Shown in pieces: positions 12,655-24,838 of a DNA stretch of 64,000 nucleotides. The notes below the pieces were generated by a model that searched no databases, was not told the origin of the DNA, and saw only the letters and a list, made by a program, of their open reading frames with translations. The translations under genes were made by a program, and so were the position numbers. The stretch is from contig NW_027266343.1 in assembly GCF_022045235.1 (NCBI RefSeq), positions 28,272,001 through 28,336,000 on the forward strand. Direction: 5' to 3'. Position 1 is the first letter of the stretch; the number at the start of each line of letters is the position of its first letter. Source of the stretch: Haliotis cracherodii (lineage: Eukaryota).

Positions 12655-13693
12655 CCCTTTCCTGGCATTGAACTCTTTATTGAATGCAGCTTTTTCTGGC
12701 ATTGAACTCTTTATAGAATACAGCCTTTTCTGGCATTAACTCTTTATTGAATACAGCCTTTTCTGGCATTAACTCTTTATTGAATACAGCTTTTTCTGGC
12801 ATTAACTCTTTATTGAATACAGCCTTTTCTGGCATTGCATTCTTTATTGAATACAGCCTTTCCTGGCATTGAACTCTATATTGAATACAGCCTTTTCTGT
12901 CATTGAACTCTTTATTGAATACAGCCTTTTCTAGCATTAACTCTTTATTGAATACAGCCTTTTCTGGCATTAACTCTTTATTGAATACAGCCTTTTCTAG
13001 CATTAACTCTTTATTGAATACAGCCTTTTCTGGCATTGCATTCTTTATTGAATACAGCCTTTCCTGGCATTGAACTCTATATTGAATACAGCCTTTTTCT
13101 GGCATTAACTCTTTATTGAATACAGCCTTTTCTGGCATTGAATTCTTTATTGAATACAGCCTTTTCTGGCATTAACTCTTTATTGAATACAGCCTTTTCT
13201 AGCATTAACTCTTTATTGAATACAGCCTTTTCTGGCATTGCATTCTTTATTGAATACAGCCTTTCCTGGCATTGAACTCTATATTGAATACAGCCTTTTC
13301 TGTCATTGAACTCTTTATTGAATACAGCCTTTTCTGGCATTAACTCTTTATTGAATACAGCCTTTTCTGGCATTAACTCTTTATTGAATACAGCCTTTTC
13401 TAGCATTAACTCTTTATTGAATACAGCCTTTTCTGGCATTGCATTCTTTATTGAATACAGCCTTTCCTGGCATTGAACTCTATATTGAATACAGCCTTTT
13501 CTGGCATTAACTCTTTATTGAATACAGCCTTTTCTGGCATTGAATTCTTTATTGAATACAGCCTTTCCTGGCATTAAACTCTTTAATGAATACAGCCTTT
13601 CCTGGCATTAACTCTTCATTGAATACAGCCTTTTCTGGTATTGAACTCTTTATTGAATGCAGCCTTTTCTGGCATTAACTCTTCATTGAATAC
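12655..13693. repeat. 33/34-bp minisatellite (about 31 monomers) with higher-order structure
   Basis: Unit ctggcattaactctttattgaatacagcctttt. It accounts for the MPEKAVFNKEL repeat ORFs in the track. Confidence 0.95.
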
Positions 13694-16600
13694 AATGAGT
13701 AAAATTGTTTTGCGTCGGTATATATTATCAAGAAAAAACAATGGAATGAAAATGATTGAATACAACCCTATATTGACTTCAACCTGAATAAACACACAAT
13801 ATAAAATGAAAGTGCCAAAGTTCCATATGTAAAAACACACTGAACGGAACAGAGGCAACAAGATACAGTAAACTTACACTGAATCAAAATCAAACAATTT
13901 ATATTTCTCCCTCTGAAATTGTGTTTATTTGAACAAAGGCGTTCTATAACCAACATGAGCTAAATCAGCCTACCATTACAAGATGACACTGATGCCAGTC
14001 AACAAATTGATTTCTCTAGCGAACGTTAAATAACTCCAGATTCTCCTATTATAAAACACATCTCAGCTTCTCGATGCGATATCAGCTTCATGACCTCATG
14101 ACCTCTCTGGGAAAGGGTAGGAGGGAGGTAGAACAATGGTTAAAGCGGCTGCTCTTTAGAACCGGTCCATTCCCACAGTGTTATAAAGTGTCACTTCGTC
14201 AACTCTATTGTGATTGCTGACATAACGCATAGTTCTGTGAATGCCGTTATGAACTGACACGGTTAAAGTCAGACTAAGACACAAACTAAAAATGATTATT
14301 TGTCATTTGTTATCTCGTAGTTACCTTGGTCATCCGAATATATCGATTTATCCATACTTCAACACAAGCGGAGTGCCTATGGAGTGTCGATACGGACTCT
14401 GTCGGGACTGGAAAGTTATTTCCTTTTAAACAATACATCGAGTCTGTGGTGTAGGAATCATAGTTTTGTCGTAAAAAAACCATAAAAGTTACAATGCTCA
14501 TGGAACTTAAAAAATGTCTAGGTGTGAAAAGTTGACGTCTATAATAATCATTCTATGTGTTAAACATAACCATCGTTGAAACGCATGTTAAACTGCTGGA
14601 ACATGGAACGACCAAAAATACGGTTTCCATGCAGTAAAACCAGCCAGGTGAACAGTAATTGCGGATTAATTAGAACCAGCGATCTGTACGAACGGTGTTC
14701 ATTTAAATCATGTGGGGTGACGGACGGGTTAGCTTTGAATCTCCTCTGTGGAAACATGTCAGCGATGCTGCCAGTTTAAACGGCAACTGTGTTACAAGAA
14801 ATTGAACAAATCGATTTTAAAGTATGATTTACAACAGAGAATGACTTCTTTCGACATAATCAACCCCATCAAACAGTTATAGCCTTGTTATTTACAGCCG
14901 AACACGGAGGTGCAATATTTATTGTTGATTAACAGTCTTACGCGTTAAGAACTTAATATAATGACTCGAGGTTATGCGTTAGAGATGGTTTCCTCAAAAT
15001 TTTATAACATTTCGTATGATAGAAACAATAGTGTTCATTTGCCTTTACAGAAGCAATAGGTTTCAACAGTCCATTGTCCCCTACCAGTTGCCATTACGCT
15101 ACTACTCGTCAAATAAGATGGTATTTAACATACTTATGATATCCGCTAATCTATAGGTTACAAAGATGCAAAATCATTAAACAACATATACACATTGGGA
15201 TAAACACATGTTATCCCGATGACATAATACAAAGATGAAGTAAGAATCTCATTAACTGTTAAAGTTTGAAAAAAAGTTTGTGAATGCAACAACGGGAAGA
15301 CGACTGATGAGATTATGTACGACCACTTCGACAGATACCAACGGTGTGTACTTACAATTGCCAACATTGTGTATATCCGTGCGGGAAGACTTCAGACGTA
15401 TGTGGAGGGAGGGATCACGAGTTACATACGACTCGCACCCTCTCTCCCTGGTAACAACGTCGCCTTTCCTCCATCGATTACTTTCAATTCATTACAAATA
15501 TAATGTCACGTGGTACTACGACTCACAGACACATCACGTGACTATTTGTGAATGTGGGAGACTCATTAATACGAAAACGAGGCTGGTCAATCTAGCGCAA
15601 TAATCTAGTAATGCACGTTATTCTACAGCCTGTTCTAAATAACATGGACAAAATCAATTAGGAATGGGGGAAAGATAGGATGGTTACCAACATGCTACGG
15701 GCAGGGTTCTTCATCGATTTACGATGCCCTGCCTTTACACACGGAAAAACAACCTTTAAATTGGGTTTTCGGGGAATTTGCTTTCGTCAAATAAAGCTAA
15801 AATATTGGATTGTGGGTGTGAACAAACAGGGCTAGGAGATTCTACTGTTATAAGTGGCGACACTGACAGGGTAGACTGATACACGGGGCTTTAAGTTTCA
15901 TGGTGTTAGAGTAGTGAGACGGCACCTCTATTTTCTTTTCTGTATAAGCTTTGGCTTTACTTGAAAAGATAACCCATCCATCATCATCACATATCCACCT
16001 TGTATCTACCTGGCTATCCATTTTTTATTATAAAAATAAAAAAAGATAATATATCAATAGATTCTTCCAATCAATTAAAACAGACTGTAAAAAGAACAAG
16101 CTACGGCACAGCCTTCCTCGATTTATTAGCGGTTACCTGGTTTTCGCTCATATCGTTTGCAATGAGAGTTGTCGCCATTCTTCTTTATAGTATCCTATTA
16201 CACTAAACTGGTACTCGTGACTGTAGCGAAAGGATTGAAGCTAAAGCTTAACACACAACCGACTATGTAACGTAACGACCGCACCCCTCTTATTCTCCCT
16301 CATGTGGGACAAAGATGTGTTGTAAGAAAAATCGTAATCCACATATACGATAAAAAAAAATATTCTCTATCTGTAGGCTGAAATTATTTTCAACAATAAA
16401 GACATTGAGAAAATGTTCAAGAACTTTATACAGCAAAACCCGGCTGCCCATCAGTGTAGATATATCGAGTCAACCGTTGGTCGCGACGGACCTCTGAAAC
16501 AAAACCATAAAGTTGTTCAATACTGAACAAGGGCTATAAGAGTACATCGTCTTAAGTCATTTATCGAAAGTGGTATTGAAATCACGAAATGTTTTCAGAA

Positions 16601-16809
16601 ACAAACACGTTGTGAGAAGATAGGGTCAAAAATCAATATGAAACATTCATGTTGACTTTACGTATTTTGGGTTAACCATCTTCACGATCTAGACATTTTA
16701 CAGCTGAGTTTAAAATGTCATCACACCGTTTTTGTACACACATTAGGCCATACGGTTCGTTTTTTCTTGACTGACTGGTTTAAAGCCTACCATAAAAATC
16801 ATGTCAAAC

Positions 16810-16947
16810 TGAGTGAGTAATATGTTACGCCACTTTTAGCACTATTCTCGCAATACCCCGGCGGCGGACTCCAGTGATGGGCGTCACACATGGTACATGT
16901 TGGGGTCCGAACTCGCCGTGACGAGACGTTAACTCCTAACGCCCCCA
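16810..16947 (-). mobile_element. SINE family D (short tRNA-derived), divergent
   Basis: (GAGT)n tail and acgccacttttagcactattc; homologous to 61436-61582. Confidence 0.65.
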
Positions 16948-17200
16948 ACATACCAAATTCATTATTTGTTCATAACATTTTCGTTAAAAGAGACGCTTGC
17001 TTTTTTTAATGTAAACAACCCAATGAAAAGTTATTATTTACTTTTATGTGTACATATTTGTTTCTCGTAGGTGTAAAGTGATATACTTTTGTAAAGTGCT
17101 TACATCAGCTTTAGGAACATCAGCATGGTTAAGCATTTCATCAACAAGAAAACACCAGGCTCTTGTCCAATGAAAAAGTATCTCTAAGTGTGACCACTGC

Positions 17201-17484
17201 CAACTGGGATCGATGACATGCATCAAACCAAGTCAACGAGCCTGACCACCCGATCCCATTACACGCCGTAAAAGGCGACTTTGCTTGTCGTAAGAGACGA
17301 CTAACGGGGTCGGGTGGTCAGGCTCGCTGACTTGGTTGATGCATGTCATCGTATCCCAATTGTGTAGATCGATGCTCATGAGGTCAATCACTGGATTGTC
17401 TGGACCAGACTCGATTATTTACAGACCGCCGTTATATAGCTGGAATATTGCTCAGAGCAGAGTTAAAGAAAAAACCCAACAACC
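17201..17484 (+). mobile_element. SINE family A with an abutting inverted fragment (fold-back)
   Basis: 17201-17261 is the reverse complement of the core of the plus-strand copy at 17265-17484. Confidence 0.85.
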
Positions 17485-19622
17485 TTTGTAATAATCTGGA
17501 TTAACCCGTATAAAAAAAGAATTAAGCTGTATGGAGATAATACTGACATAACAAACTGCATATTTTATTCATCAAGCACATGGATTCAACTTGTTGTTTC
17601 TGAGTAAGCACATACATATTTACAGTATGACAAATTAAACAGCAAATTTTAAATCATGAAGCAAAAAGATTCGACTAATAGTTTCTTACCAATTTCATCC
17701 CAGAATATGACAATATACAAAATGTTGAATTCATTGAAAATAAATATAGCAAGCTAAAATGTGAAGAAAAATAGGAAGATATATTAGGAACACTTTTTAC
17801 TACTAAAGAATGTAAAGATATACATTTGGTTCCATTTAAATCTACAAAATACCATATTGTGATAGTTTCAGTTTAGAATACAACAAAGAATTATAAAAAC
17901 ATTAAAACTATTTTATGACAAAACAAAACACTGATGATTTTGTCACTCATTTCTTGAACAATAACAGCGTTTTTAATGTGTGGGCATAGTTGGAAATATA
18001 CATTTAAAAAAATAGGAAATATTATTTCCTGGAGCACAATGAATGGTTATTGACATATATGAAGCACAAAGATATTTTATCACATCCAACAGATAATAAG
18101 ATTGTCAACATCTGCCACATCTGTCCTCACTGTGATTGTGATTCATATATACATGCTCATGATTTAGTCGGAATCGTACAATGTATTGAATATGGAAAGG
18201 GTTCTGTCGGGTTTTGTCGGACATTGTACCAAAAGAGTTCCACTTCAGACGAAAAAATATCGTCAACCCCGGAAAACAGTGATTCAGAAGACAAAACATG
18301 ACAGCGAGTCAGTATTGAAACCAGCACTAAAGACTTCGCGAAGCTATATCCCCAACGTCACGTGTAAAAGCACGTAGTCCGTCACAAGAACAACACCTAC
18401 ACCTACACAAACGAGTGCATGGGTTCTGAGACGTGGAAGTGTGTGTTCGACAGTGTTACATCGTCATGTTGTAATACTGGAAGCCACACAGAGTGACCCC
18501 TGGAAATAGCCAAAGAGGAAGTAATGCAGCGTCCATTTGCGAAACAGTATTTCATTTCGGGAATAGCTCGTCGCGTCACTTAAATGGACCTTGGAATAAA
18601 TTGTCATTGATTTGAAACCTTTGTCTTTGTTTACAGCTATACAGTCATTCGTCTTATCGATCCACGCAATTAAGATCGATGGAAAATGCAAATTATAATA
18701 CTTTTATATTATTTCAAGAAGAGTGATGATTTTTAAAATAATAAACCACATACTAAATAAATAATCATAAGTATATTTTTGAAAACAACAACGTATATGT
18801 CCCCAATATTCACCAGATGATAAGTCTTCAATAGCCGCCATTCCTATATTGTACCCGTCTGACAAGGCCACACTTTCAACAACTGCTACAAGAGAATGTC
18901 ATTGAAAGAAGTACCTGAAATGTCACTCTAATGTCAAATGGCGGCGCTTAGCGTAGCCCGACAAGGAAGGGCAAGTTTTGTCACGATGCTTCTCATTTGT
19001 TTGCACGTGGTATCAATATTGACAGTGTCGCTTCTCTTATGGCAACACAGAACTGACAATACAGTCAATGTGACATTTCCTTAGCTTTCAAAGGATAGGT
19101 CCGTGTTCCTCATTATAAGCAAGGTCTGATTGTTATTGTCTTAGGCATTCCGACACCTCCTTACACACTGGTAGTCACAAGAGAGATGAGATATTTGTCA
19201 CTGTAGGAATTATATTCCCTGTTTCATTACAGAGCGCCAGCGACACAACCTTGGTAACACAAGAGGGCCAGATAGCGATAGGTTTCCCTTCAGCTAAGAC
19301 GATTTCGGACTGAGTGAATTCAAGGCTACCTTTCACGTGATCTATTTCTAATGACAAATCCAAACAATGAAGTCAGTAATAGACATACAATGACAGAAAA
19401 GTTGTAATTTTTGTTTCGAAAAAAAACCCTATCGGTAGGATGAAAAAACGGAATGAGCTTCTTTGTGTTATGTAAATAACAATTCGAAGAATTCTTCCAA
19501 TAACCTACCTCGTGGAAACGTCAGTTTTCTATCATAATATGTGTGGCCATCCAGAAAGCAATCTTTATCAAAAACATTATTATTTTGTAATATTATTTTA
19601 CCATCCAAAGGATATAGATTTG

Positions 19623-19730
19623 CAATCACTGGATTGTCTGGTCCAAACTTGATTGCTTACAGACGGCGCCATATAGTTGAAATATTGCTGAATGCGGCGT
19701 AAAACAACAAACAAGCAAGCAATCCATCAA
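19623..19730 (+). mobile_element. SINE family A, 3' fragment
   Basis: caatcactggattgtctggtcca...gcggcgtaaaacaacaaac. Confidence 0.8.
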
Positions 19731-20867
19731 ATCTGTGTATCTTTCTCATCCTTATCAGTCTTAGCCGATTCCCTGGCTACCTCTGACTACAGCACAAAGG
19801 AGCAATGGTATTCCAAATTAGCTAAAAGGAGGATTCAAAATATCTTTCTTTGTCAATTAAAAGGCATGGTGGGATTTCAAAATAATTAAGCAGTTAAGCC
19901 AATTTTGATCTCAGAAATCGTTTCTGGTCCAAGAACACAGATTGCATTTTGCTGCAAGCCCCAGTGATTACTACAGCGTGTAATAGAGATAAGACTATGG
20001 CAATGAGACTTAAAGCCATGTAGCCCATCCCGCAAACAATGAAACATTGCCTCTCTCCTCCTTGGCTTCTCGTTAGGGTTTTCTGTGACTTTTCCTGTAT
20101 TTGTCTTTCTATTTAAGGTCAATGGGAGATATTTTGACGGACAGTCCAATCAACCATTACATAGGCTGGAAGAGGACCGAGTTTCCCATTGAGGAGCGGC
20201 AGTTCTTCCTTTTTAGCTGTCTGACTCTAAATTAGGCCATTCCAATGGCTGGTGCCTAAAGGTGCCAAGAGCGCTGTCAATGGCAAGATGCATAGTGGAA
20301 GCCTCTATGGCTATTTTAACATACTTGGTCGATTTCCAAACTGGGAAACCTCCTTCGGCCTTTTTCTCCAAATTATATTTCCAAAATAGTTTGTAATTAG
20401 TGGTATGATTGTTTGGTAATGAAGTGAAATTTCCATAAATATCAGAACGAGATTTCATGCAGGATATGTGCCATGAGTCATGATGTCCTAATTTTCACGA
20501 TCGATGTGACCCGGTGAACCAATTATACTTAAGGGTATTAGGGAATTGTGAGGACAACGTCCAGCACGGTCACGACAAAGATATAGCTATTTCTTCTCAG
20601 CAGACAGGGAACGTACGCTCATTCACTTTAAAAGCAGTAGGGTCTATGCCCTTATGTCAGTTGTAAGCAGATGCACAGAGCAATAAGAAAATGGCGTCTT
20701 TGGTCTTCTTGAAGTCGCAGCTGGTTGTGGAAGCGCCCTGAAACAGCCGATGGCAATATGATGACCCCATTGATAGATGACCCCATTTATAGTCATTGCA
20801 GAACAGTCACCTACTTATTGCAAGACTGACAAACGCAGGGCAAGACACCTTGTGATGCAATTAAAAG

Positions 20868-21050
20868 CGGGTTAGAATAGGACCCCCAGTAACCTAGCTT
20901 GTAAAAGGCGAAGTGGTCAGGTAATTTTCTTTATCGCAAGTCGTCGTTCCCGGCCTGTCACTGGATATCACTGGATTGTCTGACCCAGACTCGATTATTT
21001 ACAATCAGTCGTCATGTTGCTTGCATTTGGTTGACTACGGTCTAAACTTC
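20868..21050 (+). mobile_element. SINE family A, old divergent copy
   Basis: cgggttagaatagg...aaaaggcga...cactggattgtctgacccagactcgattatttac. Confidence 0.65.
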
Positions 21051-21892
21051 ACACTAAACACACGATTTTCAACTCCTTGAGATATTTTGTACACGAAATT
21101 GATACACCTAAACATGGGACTAGACCAGAGTTAAAACAGGTCAGGGATCGGGTTCAAACAGATATAGGATAGAGACTCACCGAAACAAGAATGCTTGAAT
21201 GCCGCATTGGCTATTCTAGAGAGCGGTCATGGTTGAATGAAAACAGGTTCATAGCCACCGTGGATACCATTTTACGATTGGATCACGCAAATCAGATCGT
21301 AAAAGTGTATCCCTTTGGTGAAACCGACGAGAACGGGTATGGTTATTATTTTGGACAAGAGGTATTCGATAAGCAGAAGGGACGCCACTCGTCACTCGTC
21401 TTTCGTCACCTCTGGTGCAAGCTGCAGTTGTTCATAGCGTTGGTGCATTGTGTTAAATTTAAAAAAAAGAAAATATTTACTTGAGATTGTATGAATCATA
21501 AGACACTAATGTCCGCTTTTAAAGTCGATGAACACAAAGTGTGATGTCAAGAGTGAGTGAGTGAGTGAGCTGGGAATTTATAGAAATAACTAAATTGTCA
21601 CCGAAAATTCCTTTAAAAACTAATCATGCTTCAGACTAATGAAAACAAAATTGCGTAAGATAATACAGACATATGCGACGACGTTACACCACACCAGTAT
21701 TTCGTTTAACCGGAATATGCCTTTGTTCACAGTGAATGGGTACCCGTTAGGATGAGATGGCAATGTGGATGTTCGCCTTCTTGGACTGTATACTTCCGAG
21801 GGATCAGAGAATGATTGTTGCGTGTACACTTATCCAATGACCGGGATTACAATAGTAGCGCTTTGAGCATGCCCCTGTGTGGCGTTGAAATA

Positions 21893-23372
21893 TACTCAAC
21901 AACAAAAGTTCCTGTCACACCAATATTTTAGTGTATTTTTCAAACAAGTAAAGTTTGGTGTTCAATATTGTAGTACATGTATTGAATCAAGTCACAAAAA
22001 CGCAACTGCTACAGAAAAGCATGCATTCCATGCAAAAGTTGACTTTTATGCAAGCTCCATGCATTTCACGACCCAAGAATAGGTATAAAAACATGTGCGT
22101 TAACGGAATTCCATATGCATTATTTAGCATCGTGGTGACAACACCCACTCAGAAAAACATCAATATTACGCAATTTATCAACATTACGAAATGCCACGCC
22201 TGTCCGAAAATGAGCGTCTGCCAGCCATGGGTATGCTTGAAGCAGGATCGAGTCAACGTGATGTTGCAAGACAATTTTACGTCCACAGAAACACCATTTG
22301 GTGTTTATGGCAACGTTGGCAACAGACGAATGCAGTCAGAGACCATCCTCGGAGTGGCAGGCCACGCGTAACCAATAATCGACAAGACAACTGGATTCGA
22401 ACAACACACCTACGAAATCGATTCCAGCCAGCAATAGTGACTGCAAGGCATCCCTGGCCTTCGACGAATATCTTCACAAACCGTACGTCGCCGCCTCAGA
22501 TGTGCAGGGATTGTCGCCAGAAGACCCGCCAGACGTCCCATTTTGACAGGAAACCACCGTCAAGCACGTCTACAGGGGTGCAGCGTCTACGCTGACCGGA
22601 CATGCAGTTGGGACAGTTCTATTCACTGACGAGTCTCGTTTTCACCTCAGCCAGAGGGATGGACGGATTCGAGAGTACCGACGTCGAGGTGAACGCTACG
22701 TCAATCATTGTGTCATGGAAGAAGATCGGTTCGGGGTCAGCAGCGTTATGGTATGGGATGAGATTACAGCAAGACAGAGGACCCGTTTAATAGTGGTAGA
22801 TGGAAATCTCAATGGACAGCGCTACCGCGACGAGATCATCGGCCCTGTTGTTCTACCGTTTTTGCGTCGCCATGGTCCAGACATTACCTTTCAACATGAC
22901 AACGCCCGGCCTCATATTGCTCGACTTGTTCAGGAATCTCTTCAACAAAACAACGTGAATGTCATCCCTGGCCGGCACGCTCCTCTGATCGGTAGCACAT
23001 GTGGGATGAGATGGATCGGCGCCTTCGACGTCAACCACGTGTTCCACAGACACTCCAGGAACATCGAAACATGCTCCAGCAGATATGGACAGATATGCCA
23101 CAGGACTTTGTGCGACGCCTGTTCCATTCCATGAGACGAAGATGTGTTGCTTGCATCGCAACCAGAGGTGGACACCCACGCTATTGATTTCTAAATTGAC
23201 ATTTTTGCATGTTCATGGTTTTTTTTATGAAATCACGCATTTTCTGAAGTCAGAATGGCAAATTAAACCATTTGAACACTCTGTTGCAAACCGAATTTTT
23301 TTCTGATTTGGTAAAAAACTTAATTTTGCATTAAGTCGTATTCAATGTCACAGGAACTTTTGTTGTTCAGTA
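21893..23372 (+). mobile_element. Tc1-type DNA transposon, full length (about 1.48 kb) with TIRs and TA target duplication
   Basis: Left end TA|tactcaacaacaaaagttcctgtcaca and right end tgtcacaggaacttttgttgttcagta|TA, with an internal transposase. Confidence 0.93.
22191..23187 (+). pseudogene. Tc1 transposase, frameshifted
   Basis: N-terminal HTH region (MPRLSENER...), RSGRPR, FTDESRF, QHDNARPH, WDEMDRR and the C-terminal GGHPRY, split across frames. The SPDLNPIE motif is damaged. Confidence 0.92.
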
Positions 23373-23431
23373 TATGTCCCAATATGGGGGGCCAATGGGG
23401 ATTCAGGTGATGTCATAAGCGTTTATCTGTT

Positions 23432-24405
23432 GATAATTTTTTAATTTGGAGTTTACACGATATACGGCTTTTCCATTAGACGAGAGGTCGCTCACATGAC
23501 CGCGAAATTGACGTTCATAAGTGTTTGAACGACACAATTTGACGTTCATACGTTTTTCACGAGACCGTGTTCTTGAAATGACGTAAACACTGACGGACTA
23601 CTTCCACATTCCTGGGGAAACCCCTGGGAATTCCCTAGCACGAAAACATGCATAAGCGTTCTTTCTGATCATTAAGAACCTATATTCTTGGTCTCAGCGT
23701 TTCAGTATACATTGAGAAATGTCAGAGAGCTTGACTGCATGATTGTTCACGAATATCCTCGCTATGGCCCATCCTAATGAACAAACGAAGAAATGCACAT
23801 CCAAACTATAGTAGTATCGACTCGATCCGTTCCTAGGCTGACATTGACAGTCTCCAGCAATCTATGAATTTACCTTTGTGTCTGTTTGACGCACCTATAT
23901 TCACCTTTCAATGATCGGCCATTTGATCAGTGATGAACACATGTAACCGCCACAGGTTCATTAACAACTTCGGAAATCTCTCCCGTCACGTTTATCATGT
24001 CGGCCATTTTGACGCCTCCCTGATGTATTACGACGCGCTGTCATTGTGACTAACTTACTGAGGTAGTTCTTTACAGACCTTTCTCATCTAATGAGGATCT
24101 GTTTGAACACATGTGCTGCATACGATGTTTTTTAAGAGCAAGTTGTGCATCCATACGCCCATGTCGCCTCTCTTTTTGAGGAACTATTTTACTCGGCGAT
24201 ATAGCTGGTTGTTGTATGTCTGTCAGTGTAAACATGAAGTCACATGTACTAAATATAATTGTGTTTAGATCTTTGCCTACATCCTTTGAGGTAAGAAATT
24301 GTGATTAAAAAAATTATAAGAATTGACTTTCACTTTGTGTGAGTTCATTGGAGTATGAACCTTCATAGAGTGAGGGCAAAACATTGTATGAACGTCGTCG
24401 CAAGC
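23432..24405. mobile_element. About 1-kb non-autonomous repeat X (Crypton-like), copy 1
   Basis: Colinear with 36158-37176. Short inverted repeat ataattttttaat / attaaaaaaattat. The right arm of the terminal hairpin is lost. The repeat is certain; the class is inferred. Confidence 0.7.
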
Positions 24406-24476
24406 TCCGAATAAGATATTTCTTGAACCTAACAGAAGCCAATGTGTTCATGGTTACACCCAAGCCATGAGCAGCG

Positions 24477-24838
24477 TGAGTGAGTGAGTGAGTTGAATTA
24501 AGCTCTGCTTTGAATGGTATGTCAGTTACTAGTGTCTCACGGCCTGTCAGCTTAATGTGGAAGGAAAATAGGTGGTTCAGCCCTTAGACGTTTATCACTT
24601 CGGTGAAACCCACGAGCACGGACGTTGTGCTGACTAACTGAAGATGAGCGCGAATCGGAATGGATGATCCCGCCATCATATGATCATTGCATACTAGGGG
24701 ACGCAACTCTGTACAGCGTGGGGGATGGGGGACACGGGTGCCCCAATTGTCTAATGAGCTGCAATTCGCTGTGCAGAGTTGCGTCCCTTTGCCAAAAAGC
24801 CTATGATCGTGGGTTCGAATCCCGGTTCGACCTGATTT
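24477..24838. mobile_element. Inverted head-to-head pair of family B SINEs
   Basis: Minus copy 24477-24716 ((GAGT)n tail to gggacgcaactctg). Plus head 24721-24838 with B box gggttcgaatcccggttcg. Confidence 0.75.

Noticed and set aside
12677-13439. Repeat-protein ORFs (MPEKAVFNKEL)n, or a CRISPR-like array
   Set aside because: Contiguous 33/34-bp monomers with no unique spacers. The 34-bp units break the frame. No cas genes, and the context is eukaryotic.
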